From the IMG/VR virus record IMGVR_UViG_3300031851_000017, positions 2,054-66,053 of that record: a stretch of DNA of 64,000 nucleotides. One strand, 5' to 3'. Positions 9,141 through 19,500 of the stretch are shown here, piece by piece; position 1 is the first letter of the stretch; every line of letters begins with the position of its first letter. The position numbers and the translations under genes are program-made. Source of the DNA: a virus. Its lineage: Duplodnaviria; Caudoviricetes. Below the pieces are notes generated by a model. It was not told the DNA's origin. It did not search any database and saw only the letters and a program-made list of their open reading frames with translations.

Positions 9141-10715
9141 ATGAAAAATATTGATAATAATTTTAATGAAGATGAATTACTAGAAGAGGCAATGAGGAAT
9201 CAGTTTAATGAAACGAAAAATACAACATTAAGGCTACCAAAAATAGTTGAAGAATATGCAGATAGTGCAATAGAGGTATCTAGAAATAATAGAGTACCTG
9301 CAATATTATCAGCCTATTCCTTACTAGGACAGATTTGTAAAGAAATGGTTTATGTTCCAAAAGGAAGAGGTACAGAAGATGTTAGAGTTCACATTATTTG
9401 GCTACAAACAAGTGGTTCGGGTAAAAGTGAAATGTATAATTTTACAGGTAGAATAGCGCAGTATGTTTTTGATATCATTAATGGTAGACATAGAGACAAC
9501 GTTGAAGCAGAAACAGCAGGTGAAAGACATAATAGATTTTCTATTCATGCTGTTAAGTCAACAACAGACGCGGCACTTATCGGTAAAATGAAAATGGAAG
9601 ATGTTACTATTACTGATGATGACGGCAACACTACATACGAACAAATACCTAAACAACTATTTGGTGGTTTGGAAGGTGATGGTCTTTGTGTGTATGATGA
9701 GTTCGAGTATTCGGGTGTTTTCAAACCTACGCAACATAAACAAGAAGTTGTAATGTATTTGAATACACTAATGAATACTCTAGCAGGTCAAAATTATAGA
9801 ATAACAAAACAATTAGCAGAAGGTGGAGAAATGTATTGTGATAGCAGACGTTCTATTTACGCTACATCCTATATTCCTAAAACACTAACTAGTGTTATAG
9901 CAGAAACAGGACTACTGCAACGTTGTTTAATCTATATCAGAGAAGTTCCTATAAGTGAACAGAATGCTGTAAGAGAAACATTGAGTAATGATTATGGTAG
10001 AATTATAGATACTCAAACACCAATCAATAAGTTTGGTGATGCCTTTGTGGAAATCTATGAATGTCTTAAAGAGAAGTATGATTCTGTTCCATTGGAAGTT
10101 AATGATAATATGTCAGAAGAACAGATTAGAGAAGCAGAAGTAATCAGAAGAAAGAAAGTAATCACGTTTTCTAAAGGTGTAAACGATACAATAACAAACG
10201 AGACAATTAAGTTTCAGAACTTTGTACATGATAGCCGACCTGCTGTAATTGAGATAGCAAATAATTTTATTACTAGAATGCAAGTAAGTATGGTTAGACT
10301 AGCAGTTCTTTCTTGTATTGCAGAAGCACCTAAATTACCAAAGAAAGATAGATTCAAACTAACTAGTAAACACGTTTTACAAGCATCTCATGTAACCCAA
10401 CAATGTTATAAATCTCTTGTATTGTGGTTAGATTCAGCCCTAAGAGCCGAAAGACTATCTTCTGCCAAGAAACAAAAGTTAGATGTATTTACAAAAGAGT
10501 ATAAAAAATTAGTAGAAAATGGAAAATCAGTAAGCATAGAAGGACAGACAGGAGAGTGGATAAATAAATCTGTACTATTAGAAACAGTAAGATTAGTAAC
10601 CAATGCATCACCTGCAACAGTATATAGGAACTACAAATCTAATAAGGAGTATTTTGACGAAATAAGACACAACAAAACTAGATTTGTAAATATAAAAAGG
10701 AGAGGAATAAAATGA
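9141..10715 (+). CDS. MCM-like AAA+ replicative helicase with C-terminal wHTH
   Basis: Walker A QTSGSGKS, STTDAALIG, Walker B VYDEFE, arginine finger GLLQR. Confidence 0.72.
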   Translation: MKNIDNNFNEDELLEEAMRNQFNETKNTTLRLPKIVEEYADSAIEVSRNNRVPAILSAYSLLGQICKEMVYVPKGRGTEDVRVHIIWLQTSGSGKSEMYNFTGRIAQYVFDIINGRHRDNVEAETAGERHNRFSIHAVKSTTDAALIGKMKMEDVTITDDDGNTTYEQIPKQLFGGLEGDGLCVYDEFEYSGVFKPTQHKQEVVMYLNTLMNTLAGQNYRITKQLAEGGEMYCDSRRSIYATSYIPKTLTSVIAETGLLQRCLIYIREVPISEQNAVRETLSNDYGRIIDTQTPINKFGDAFVEIYECLKEKYDSVPLEVNDNMSEEQIREAEVIRRKKVITFSKGVNDTITNETIKFQNFVHDSRPAVIEIANNFITRMQVSMVRLAVLSCIAEAPKLPKKDRFKLTSKHVLQASHVTQQCYKSLVLWLDSALRAERLSSAKKQKLDVFTKEYKKLVENGKSVSIEGQTGEWINKSVLLETVRLVTNASPATVYRNYKSNKEYFDEIRHNKTRFVNIKRRGIK

Positions 10716-10957
10716 GTAATAAAACATATGAACATACATTTCAAATGTATAATGTAAAAGATGGCCCGAAAGTAATGATTGAAGCACTAAACACGTTAGG
10801 ACAACAAGGTTGGGCTTTAAGCACAGTAATGAATATAGGAACTGATAGATTAATCGCTTTCTTAGTAAGAGATACAACTAAAGAAGCACCTAATCCACAA
10901 AAAGCAGACCAAGATAAAATTACTGCTTTGTGGTCTGCAACAGGTGATGAAGAGTGA
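10712..10957 (+). CDS. DUF4177-like small protein
   Basis: YEH...LNTLGQQGWALSTV pattern. Confidence 0.6.
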   Translation: MSNKTYEHTFQMYNVKDGPKVMIEALNTLGQQGWALSTVMNIGTDRLIAFLVRDTTKEAPNPQKADQDKITALWSATGDEE

Positions 10958-11076
10958 AAAGAAAACAATATAAAAAAATAATGAAAATGTTTTCACATAT
11001 TAAAGTTGTAAGAAATTTGACTGATGAAGAAAAAGAAGACGAGTTGGAGTTGGAGTTTTATGACAGTGATTGCTAA
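10954..11076 (+). CDS. Micro-ORF (40 aa), basic N-terminus and acidic C-terminus, not in ORF track
   Basis: GTG start overlapping the upstream TGA, GGTGA RBS; (M)KRKQYKKIMKMFSHIKVVRNLTDEEKEDELELEFYDSDC*. Confidence 0.45.
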   Translation: MKRKQYKKIMKMFSHIKVVRNLTDEEKEDELELEFYDSDC

Positions 11077-11671
11077 GAACGTTTTAGCAATTGATTTAGA
11101 AACAAAAAATATGTCTCACGAAATTGGTGGTTGGGAAAACACCCATATGTTTCAAGTATCAACTGTTTGTACTTGGGATGGAGATGTAGGAACTATCTAT
11201 ATTGACAAATCAGTGGACGATTTGAAAAAATCTAACGTAATTATCAAACCATTATCAGAATTAAAATTCGATTTAGAAAAACATTTTGATAATGGTGGAA
11301 AATTACTAGGTCATAATATACGAAACTTCGATTTACCTGTTTTGAAAAACGCAATGGATATTTATTGTATCAGAAAATACCTAGATAATCCTGAATCATA
11401 TATTGATACTAGCGCAATACTTTCTAAAGAATACGGTGAAAGATATTCTCTTTCTAATTTAGTTCAACATACACTTGGTTCTGATAAATTAATGGATAGT
11501 GCAGATGCACCAAAGATTTGGAAAACAGGAGGCTACTCTCAAGTCGCTGAATATTGTTTGAAAGATTGTGAATTAGTTTATGATTTGTGGAAACACGGTG
11601 TTGAGAACCAAATAGTTAAAGGCTTCTCCCTTGAAGAAGCAATTGAGAAAGATTTGGAGGTGATGTGGTAA
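11060..11671 (+). CDS. DEDD (DnaQ/RNase H-fold) 3'-5' exonuclease
   Basis: AIDLET, GHNIRNFD, YCLKD motifs; probable start at ATG 11060 after GGAG. Confidence 0.85.
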   Translation: MTVIAKNVLAIDLETKNMSHEIGGWENTHMFQVSTVCTWDGDVGTIYIDKSVDDLKKSNVIIKPLSELKFDLEKHFDNGGKLLGHNIRNFDLPVLKNAMDIYCIRKYLDNPESYIDTSAILSKEYGERYSLSNLVQHTLGSDKLMDSADAPKIWKTGGYSQVAEYCLKDCELVYDLWKHGVENQIVKGFSLEEAIEKDLEVMW

Positions 11672-11832
11672 TGGCTTTAAGTGCAACATCTATTGCTATT
11701 TGGATTGTTTTTATAATTATGATTTCATTATTATTTTTTGCAGCCTTTGGTAATAGTAAATATTCAGAAGATACTATTGAAGAGTATATGACGAACCTAA
11801 TAAATGAGGAACAAAAACGTGGCTCTAGTTGA
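11671..11832 (+). CDS. Small single-pass membrane protein (53 aa), not in ORF track
   Basis: MALSATSIAIWIVFIIMISLLFFAAFGNSK...; GGAGGTGA RBS, TAATG coupling. Confidence 0.7.
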   Translation: MALSATSIAIWIVFIIMISLLFFAAFGNSKYSEDTIEEYMTNLINEEQKRGSS

Positions 11833-11956
11833 GGTATGTAACTTCTGTAAAGAAGAGACTATACCAAGACGGATTCGTGGGGTCTATGTTGGTAGTCTTG
11901 ATGAAATCAAGATTTGGCAATGTAGAAAATGTAAGGCTTTGTGGTCGAATAATTAA
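11819..11956 (+). CDS. Zn-ribbon protein (45 aa), not in ORF track
   Basis: GTG start after GAGGA; (M)ALVEVCNFCKEETIPRRIRGVYVGSLDEIKIWQCRKCKALWSNN*. Confidence 0.65.
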   Translation: MALVEVCNFCKEETIPRRIRGVYVGSLDEIKIWQCRKCKALWSNN

Positions 11957-11963
11957 TTTTATT

Positions 11964-12012
11964 CGGCCATGAGGCCGCTTTTTTTTTTTATTTTTTTAAG
12001 TATTTTTTTTTT
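11964..12012 (+). terminator. Hairpin plus long T-tracts ending the replication operon
   Basis: CGGCC-ATGA-GGCCG followed by C, T11 and further T runs, just after the Zn-ribbon gene stop. Confidence 0.75.
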
Positions 12013-12313
12013 AATTAGTATTCTTATATTTTTAAGAATAGTATTTTTTTTGTAAAGAGCAATTCTGAGAGTATATAAACTGTGCAGAATTTGTATTTTA
12101 ACATAAAAAATACCGCAATGTAAATTAACTACTTGGTGTTAGAACTACACTAGAGTGAAGCGGGTTTGTCAACAGTGGAAATCAATCAATCAATTATAGA
12201 AGGTTTAACCCACTTAGATTTAGACTTCGCTATGTTTTTTGTAAATACTTTTTTTGTAATCGTATCATTACAAATAACTCACTTATTTTATGTATTATGG
12301 GAGGAAAAAAGAT

Positions 12314-12397
12314 ATGAAAGAAAGAACACATCACAATGGTAAATGTAAGTGGATGACCGATTTTATGGAGTCATTGAAAGATATAGAAGTTGAGTAA
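12314..12397 (+). CDS. Micro-ORF (27 aa)
   Basis: GGGAGG RBS; MKERTHHNGKCKWMTDFMESLKDIEVE*. Confidence 0.4.
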   Translation: MKERTHHNGKCKWMTDFMESLKDIEVE

Positions 12398-12398
12398 A

Positions 12399-12527
12399 AT
12401 GAATGAAGATTATTGGGAAGCACAAATAGAAGGTTTTGAAAATCAATTCAAGAAACCAATTTGGAGAGACTACTTAGAAACTCAACGTAAGTTATTAGAT
12501 GAAGTATTTTCTTTAGGTTTAGATTAA
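12399..12527 (+). CDS. Micro-ORF (42 aa) converging on the tail module
   Basis: MNEDYWEAQIEGFENQFKKPIWRDYLETQRKLLDEVFSLGLD*; starts 1 nt after the previous stop. Confidence 0.45.
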   Translation: MNEDYWEAQIEGFENQFKKPIWRDYLETQRKLLDEVFSLGLD

Positions 12528-12815
12528 CCACTCAGGTAAAACCGGAAAATTATCTGCCGCTTCATTAGCCCCCGTAGATTCATCATCTACATCAAAGTAG
12601 TCTGTAATATCTCTCCACGCTTGTCTATATTCTAACAACTCTTGTTGTTGTTCAGTAGTATATAATGCAAATCTATCTGTTAACATAAATTGGTCTGTAA
12701 AAACTAAAAATGCTTCTCTCTCATGTCCAACGGCTTGCCAAGTCCAATCTTCTTCTTCTACATGAGTAACATTACCGTCACCGTCTTGAAATACTTGTTC
12801 TCTCATTTTAATCAC
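12519..12815 (-). CDS. Tail fibre assembly chaperone
   Basis: YRQAWRDIT...FPVLPEW motif typical of phage tail-assembly chaperones; lies downstream of the fibre genes. Confidence 0.75.
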   Translation of the reverse strand: MIKMREQVFQDGDGNVTHVEEEDWTWQAVGHEREAFLVFTDQFMLTDRFALYTTEQQQELLEYRQAWRDITDYFDVDDESTGANEAADNFPVLPEWLI

Positions 12816-13540
12816 CCGAATGTATTTATCACCCTTACATTAACCCACGGAATAGCACCTATTTGGTCTGTAATATCATTTAATACTGATGATTGGTTAC
12901 TAGTGCTTGTAGATGTCTGCGTAATCAATGTGTTAGCACTTTCACCGAAACTACCTATTTCTCTTAACACACTACAATAGACATCATTTTGATTATCCTC
13001 AAAATAGTGTGGTAAAGTAGACGCAGGTTTACAGTATAAATTAGTAGTATTACTATCAGCCCAAACTAAACCTATGAAGTACCAAGTTTTTTCATCCATT
13101 TCATAAGTCTGATTAGCATTACCTGCGGCATTCTTTAATTGTGCTAGTATTGGGCTTGTTGATGTAAAAGTTATTGATGTCTGAGCCACCAAATTGTCGG
13201 GGTAAGGCGCACCACCAACAGCCGCTTTAGAATCATAAACTCCTATTTTCATAGTTGCATTACTGTTTGCGGTTGATGCTCTCATTGAAATATAATCTAT
13301 TGTTCCTCCTTGATAAGACCACATTGGAATCATAGAAACATAATTCATAGCAGTACACGCATTGAATGTTTGAGTCCTTATACCCATCATTCTTGAAGGA
13401 ACTCTATACTTTACCGTACCAAAAGCAGATATTCCATTTACTGATGCTCCATAATGGTCATTCTTAGTTGCTCCTCCACCACCTGTTCCATCATCTACTG
13501 TACCATCACTCTTTCTTCTTCTGAATGCTTGTCTACCCAT
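12812..13540 (-). CDS. Putative tail fibre-associated / receptor-binding protein
   Basis: Beta-rich, 242 aa, between fibre and chaperone; GGTGA RBS. Confidence 0.5.
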   Translation of the reverse strand: MGRQAFRRRKSDGTVDDGTGGGGATKNDHYGASVNGISAFGTVKYRVPSRMMGIRTQTFNACTAMNYVSMIPMWSYQGGTIDYISMRASTANSNATMKIGVYDSKAAVGGAPYPDNLVAQTSITFTSTSPILAQLKNAAGNANQTYEMDEKTWYFIGLVWADSNTTNLYCKPASTLPHYFEDNQNDVYCSVLREIGSFGESANTLITQTSTSTSNQSSVLNDITDQIGAIPWVNVRVINTFG

Positions 13541-13551
13541 TTTTAATCACC

Positions 13552-16500
13552 TCATGGATGGCATACTGCGTGTATGCTCCCTGCAATATTCGCTGTTGAA
13601 CCTTGCGTATTTTTAAATCTTATGCGGATATTACTACTATTAATATCAACTTCTATTTCACCTATTGGTGCAGCACCATCATAAATAATACCGTATTCTG
13701 TAAAGTTAGCGGCTGAACCATCATAATGGCACATAACATCCATTGTTTGTACTTCATTGTTTGAAGAGTCTGTAATATGAACTGATGCTTTAACTGCCTT
13801 AAAGTTAGCATGAGGTACTGCTAGTAATGTAATATAGTTATTATTAGCAGTACTTGTTGCACCCACTACATTACCTAATGTTTTAATTCCGCTAGGATTA
13901 TGAGTTAAACCACCGTAACCGCCTGTACCATCTACTGATACTACATCAGTTTGTGTACCATTAATAGCGATATTAAGAAACATAGTACCATCATGCGTAC
14001 CATCGGTAACATCCGGTGATTCCTGTCTTATACTTCCATATGCTCTAGGATTACCTGCGCTATCTTCACCATTAAGTTGTATTTTACCTAATATATCATT
14101 ATCAGAAGGGGAAGCAGTATTTCTATACAAAGTTAAAACAGGGCCATTAGTAGCATCATCTTCATTATCCATAAGTATTAATGTGCTAGGGTAAGTATCA
14201 GCATTGTCGTTAATTATTGTAACTACACCTTTACTGCTTAATGGGTAAGTACCTGTACCAACTTCTAGTGCCGTAGATATATCTACGATACCTGTTCCAT
14301 TTGGAGTAATGTTAATATTAGCGTTTGAAGTTGAAACAATACTATTTCCATTAACATCTAAATCTCCACCTAACTGTGGCGTGTCATCTGCGGCTAAACT
14401 TGCTATACCACCACTAACGGTAGTCCATGAAGGCGCAGAACTGCTACCACCCGATGTGAGAACTTGACCGGAAGAACCTGCCGCACTTCCACCGACTAAG
14501 AACTCTCCATTTGCACCAACAGAGAATCTTGTTGAGCCTTTAGTTTTGAGTTGGATTTCTCCTGTTCCCGAAGTATATCTTGTGTCTAAAATTATGTCTG
14601 TATTAGAAGATGAACTACCTTGTATTTTCATATTTGTTTCATTGTTTGGTAAGAAGATATTTGCCCTCGATTCTTGAGAACCACCACCAATAATATAGAG
14701 ACTTGAATTACCTGCTATCATACTACCTGCAATATTGATTCCATCACAATTTACTGTGCCGTCAAAATATCCATGTCTGAACTCATTGGTTGCTGAACCA
14801 ATATCATATGCATTATCTGTATCAGGAATAATATTTGCATCAACAGCAGTTGACCAAGAAATACCACCACCACTACCTGTTGAAGCAGCAGTTAATCTCC
14901 CTTGTGCGTCAACAGTAATATTAGCGTTAGTGTAAGAACCCGCAGTAACAGCAGTATCCGCTATTTGGACTGCTCCTATTCCATCATCAGCAACTTTGAA
15001 AGTTAACTGAAATGGGTCTCCTGTGCTTCCGGTATCTGTATCTGTAAAAGTAATATCTAAACCGTTTCCTTCATTAAACTTAATAAATCTCGCATCAGCA
15101 AGAAGAACATCTGTATCTGAACTGTCTCTTACAGTAAAAGCCATTTTAGCAGGTAATGTTCCGTATGTTCCATCGTGCTTTAAGAAAGTTCCTGATGAAC
15201 CTGCTGATGGCAAAACACCACCATTACCTGTTCCAACTAAAGTTCTAATTTCTGCCGCAGTTAAATCATCAGTAGCATCAGTATCTCCTGTAAAACCTAA
15301 GTTTGCTAATGTTAATGCTCTTGTTGTAGCAGAAGCGTCAGTAACATGACCTAAAGTATTCGTAGTTATTGTTAAAGTATCAATTACATTTGCACCTGAA
15401 GTATCTATACTTATATCATCTCCATCATGTGTAGGATGGGAGTAAACTGTATCAGGAGTTCCCGACAATACACCACTACTAATTGTTAAATTAGAACCAA
15501 CTTTAATTCCACCTAGAGCAGATGAAGTGGCTATTGGAAGAGAGTAATTATTAGCAGAAGTAGCAATATTATCAAGTTTATTTTTAAGAGTGTTAGTAAA
15601 ATTATTTTGTGTAAGACCACCATCACCTACTGAATAAGTAGTGTCTTGTGTTGGTATTGTAAAATCACCCGCACTAACAGGTAATGTTATTGTAACATCA
15701 CTACTAGTAGGATTATCAGCAGTAAGTAATACCTCATATGTATTGCTATCACCTGCTCTAAATGCCAATGTATTATCTTCTACAATTTGTATTGTTTCAT
15801 TACTATATTTTGTATCTCCTGTTACTACTAAATCACCCGCAATTGTAACAGTTGTTGCGTTAGTTCCTATGGCTACTGCATTACTACCAAAGGCATTACC
15901 AAGAGCAGTTTTTAAATTAGCAACAGATACATTGTCAACATCAGGTTTATTTTGAATAAAGGCATCATTAGATGTAGTTGTTTCAGCCCAATTTGCTCTA
16001 ACGTTTGGTTCTGCTCCTGAAGAAACACCCAATAGTGTTAATGCTTGTGCTACCGTCATTCCTTCTGCCGAACCTGCATTACCACTATGCGCCTTTCTTC
16101 CAACAAATCTTTCAGCAGGTAAAGAGTTCAATACATTTAATTCATCAGCAGTTGCAGAAAGAACAGTTGAACCTATTTGTATATCACCTTCATCGAAATT
16201 AACATAACCCGCACCTTTCGGTCTAATGTTTAACGATACATTCGTATCGCTTCCTGTTGCCGCTAATATTGGTGCATTGCCTGATGCCTTATTTGCTATA
16301 TTTATATAATTTACAGGACTAGATTCGGGACTTGTGAAAAGTAATAATTCATTACCATCCTCATCTAAAATACCGTGTGCATCATCAATTTTAATATTAT
16401 GACTATTAGTATCTAAGTTCCCACCTAATTGTGGGGATGTATCATCAGCAATTTCAATAAGAGAAAGAATATTTCCAATAGTACTTGATGCCTTTAAATT

Positions 16501-19500
16501 AGAACCTGCACCCGAACCCGCTACAAATCCAACTAATGAATCAGTAGTAGCCAAAGTTGCACTACTAATTTGACTTAAATCTAAAGTTAAATCCGGTGTA
16601 GTAGTTCCATTAGTAACGGTAAAACCAACACCGCCTGTTACTGCTGTTACTGAACCTCCACCTGTTCCTCCACCAATAGCACTTAGCATTTCTGAAGCAG
16701 TTAAATTAGTTATAGTATTATTAGCATTAAGTCTTGGAAATAAAGGTACTGCCGGAGAATTTGCCGTACTTGGATTCGCTGATTTAAGTAAAGCAATTCC
16801 GGTAGTAGTACCTCCCAATGTAGCCAAAGCAGTATCGGCATCAGCATCGTCTATTAATGTAGCACCGAATGTTGAGATTGTTGTATTAGCAGGTAATGCT
16901 AATGACTTAATATCTGCATCAACTTCTGAATCCATCAATGCACCTGCTGCTGTAACATTTGCTGTATCTGTAACATCAGCACTCGCTTCTATACCACTTA
17001 ATATATTTGATTTTAGAACACTAAAATCCATTCTACTTAATACTCCACCATCGTTAAATATTAATTCATCAGTATCAACAAGAGTACCTGTAAACTCAGT
17101 AGCACCTGTAATATCTCCTACACCGAAGTTAGATGTACCACTAGCAGAAGCACCAATAGCACTTCTAAAGTCAGAAGCGTTTAGCGTTTCTGCTTGATTA
17201 CTATGATTATTTATACGAATAAACATATCTTCTGTACCTGCACCCGTAGGTATATTCGACATTGTTAGTAAATTGCTACCAACAGTAGTTGCCCCTAATG
17301 CAATTCTAGCCGCAGAAGCATTAGCCGCAGTAAGTAATGAAATCATAGGAACGTTAATTGCTGAAATTACACCGGAATCTGCGGCATTTCTTCCTAATAA
17401 TAAATTGTTATCCCCAGTACTACCTATGTTCTGTAATTTAGCAAAGGTAACTGCATCGGCAGTAATCTTAGCCGTAGTAATACTAGGTATTCTTTCAATA
17501 TCTAAAGTTCCGGCATTAATTTTACTAGCGTCTAGATTAGGAATGTCCGTTGCCGCTAAGTCGGGAGTGAACACATTACTACCGCTTAATGCTAAACCGC
17601 TACCTGCTGTATAAGTAGTATCTTGGGTAGGTATAGTAAATGTAGCATTAGGAATAGTTACTGTTTTAGCCACACCTGCTACTGCTGATTTTAAAATCAT
17701 ATCATTGTCGTCAACAGTTGTACCTTCAAACACTACTCCATTAGAAGTTGAAACAGTTTCCACGTTATTTGTAATAGTAGTTCCTGTTACTACTAAATTA
17801 CCTGCTATTGTAATCTTATCATCTGCTGAAGTACCAAATATAATATCTCCTCCAAAATCAGAATTAAGAGCCGCCTTCAAGTTAGCGACTGAGACATCAT
17901 CGTTAGTATCAGTAAATACTGCATTAGCGGGAACTACCGACCGTACATTATCATAAGCCCAATCAGAACTTATTGCAGTTGCGGTAGCACCATCAGTAGG
18001 TGTACTACTAATCGCTCTTTGACTTGTTATGTATGTATTAGAATCAATAGTATAATTTCCTGAACCATCAGTTTTCATAAATCCACTAGAAGCAAAATCA
18101 CTATCAAGCAATACAGCAGTATTACCTGCTAAAGCAGTAGTTGATGTAGTTCCTATTTCTAATAAAGTAGGTTTACTACTTAAGTCATCGTAACTTCCAC
18201 TAAATAATGATGTGTTCCCTGCTAACGCTGTTGTAGCAGTAGTTCCTATTGCCAATAATGATGTGTTCCCTGCCAATGCAGTAGACGATGTAGTTCCTAA
18301 TGCTAATAAAGTAGGCTTGTTAGATAAATCATCATAACTTCCACTAAATAAAGTTGGTTTACTTGTTAGACTACTATAAACACCATCAAAAGAAGAAGTT
18401 CCCGCACTGATAAGACCCCTTACTGCCGCGCCATCTGCCGCAGTAATAAGACTAATCATAGGAACAGAAAGGACAGTAGGAACAGCATTACTTCCGCTAG
18501 TATTTGCTAATATATTACCAGTAGCAATTTGAGATAATCCTAATACACTTCCTGTTTTAGTTAAACCATTATTAGCAGTTAATTGTGTTGCTGAACCGGA
18601 GAATTGTGTAAATGTTAAGGCAGTAGTTCCTACTGTTATTGAACCTGTATTGTTTAATATCCAACCTGTATCTGCATGGGTAGTTCCTTCTTCAACCCAT
18701 ACATATAATCCGGCAGTTACATCAGCATTAGCATCAGCATCAGTTGTTCTAGTCCAAGCACCTGCTTTACAAAGATAAATACCATTTTGGCTTGCAGTGC
18801 TTTGATTCTTTACTAATACTCTATCATCAGCAATTACACTTACACTATCAATATCTTGAGTTCCACTTAAAGTAATATTTGTAGTAGTAGTAACCCTTAC
18901 AGAATCTTTAGTATCTAATCCCTGTTTAACCACCGCCGCACTAGCATCAGCAAGAGCAGTAATTTCAGCATCAGTTCTCATTGTATTAGTGTCTGTATTA
19001 ACACTAGAAATATCTAATGTCTTATTATCCCCACCTGTAACAGTAGCGGTTATTGTTGAGCCGCTAAGAGACAATCCTGATAAGAATTTATTTGTATCTG
19101 TATTAACAGCCGAAATATCAACTGTTAAATCTGCTAAACTACCCCTTGCTAATGTTATTGTTCCACTAGCAAAAGTAGCCGCACTAACAAAATCATTACT
19201 ATCAACAGAAGAACCTGCACCAATAGAGGTTCTAAATGCAGTTGCTTGATTAGTAGTTAAATCATCTGCTCTTGCTAAAAGATTCGCTACGGAAACATTG
19301 TCTACTGCGGTAGTCCCTGCTAGAGCGTCTGTTATTCCATAACCTGCAAGGGTTGTCGGTTTACTCGTTAAATTAGAAAACGCTCCACCAAATATATTAC
19401 CTGCATTAGTCGCTATGTTAGTTGCGTTTGTCGCTATGTTAGTTACATTCGTGGCTACATTAGTAGCATTAGTAGTTATACCGCTTTCCATAGTGTCTAA

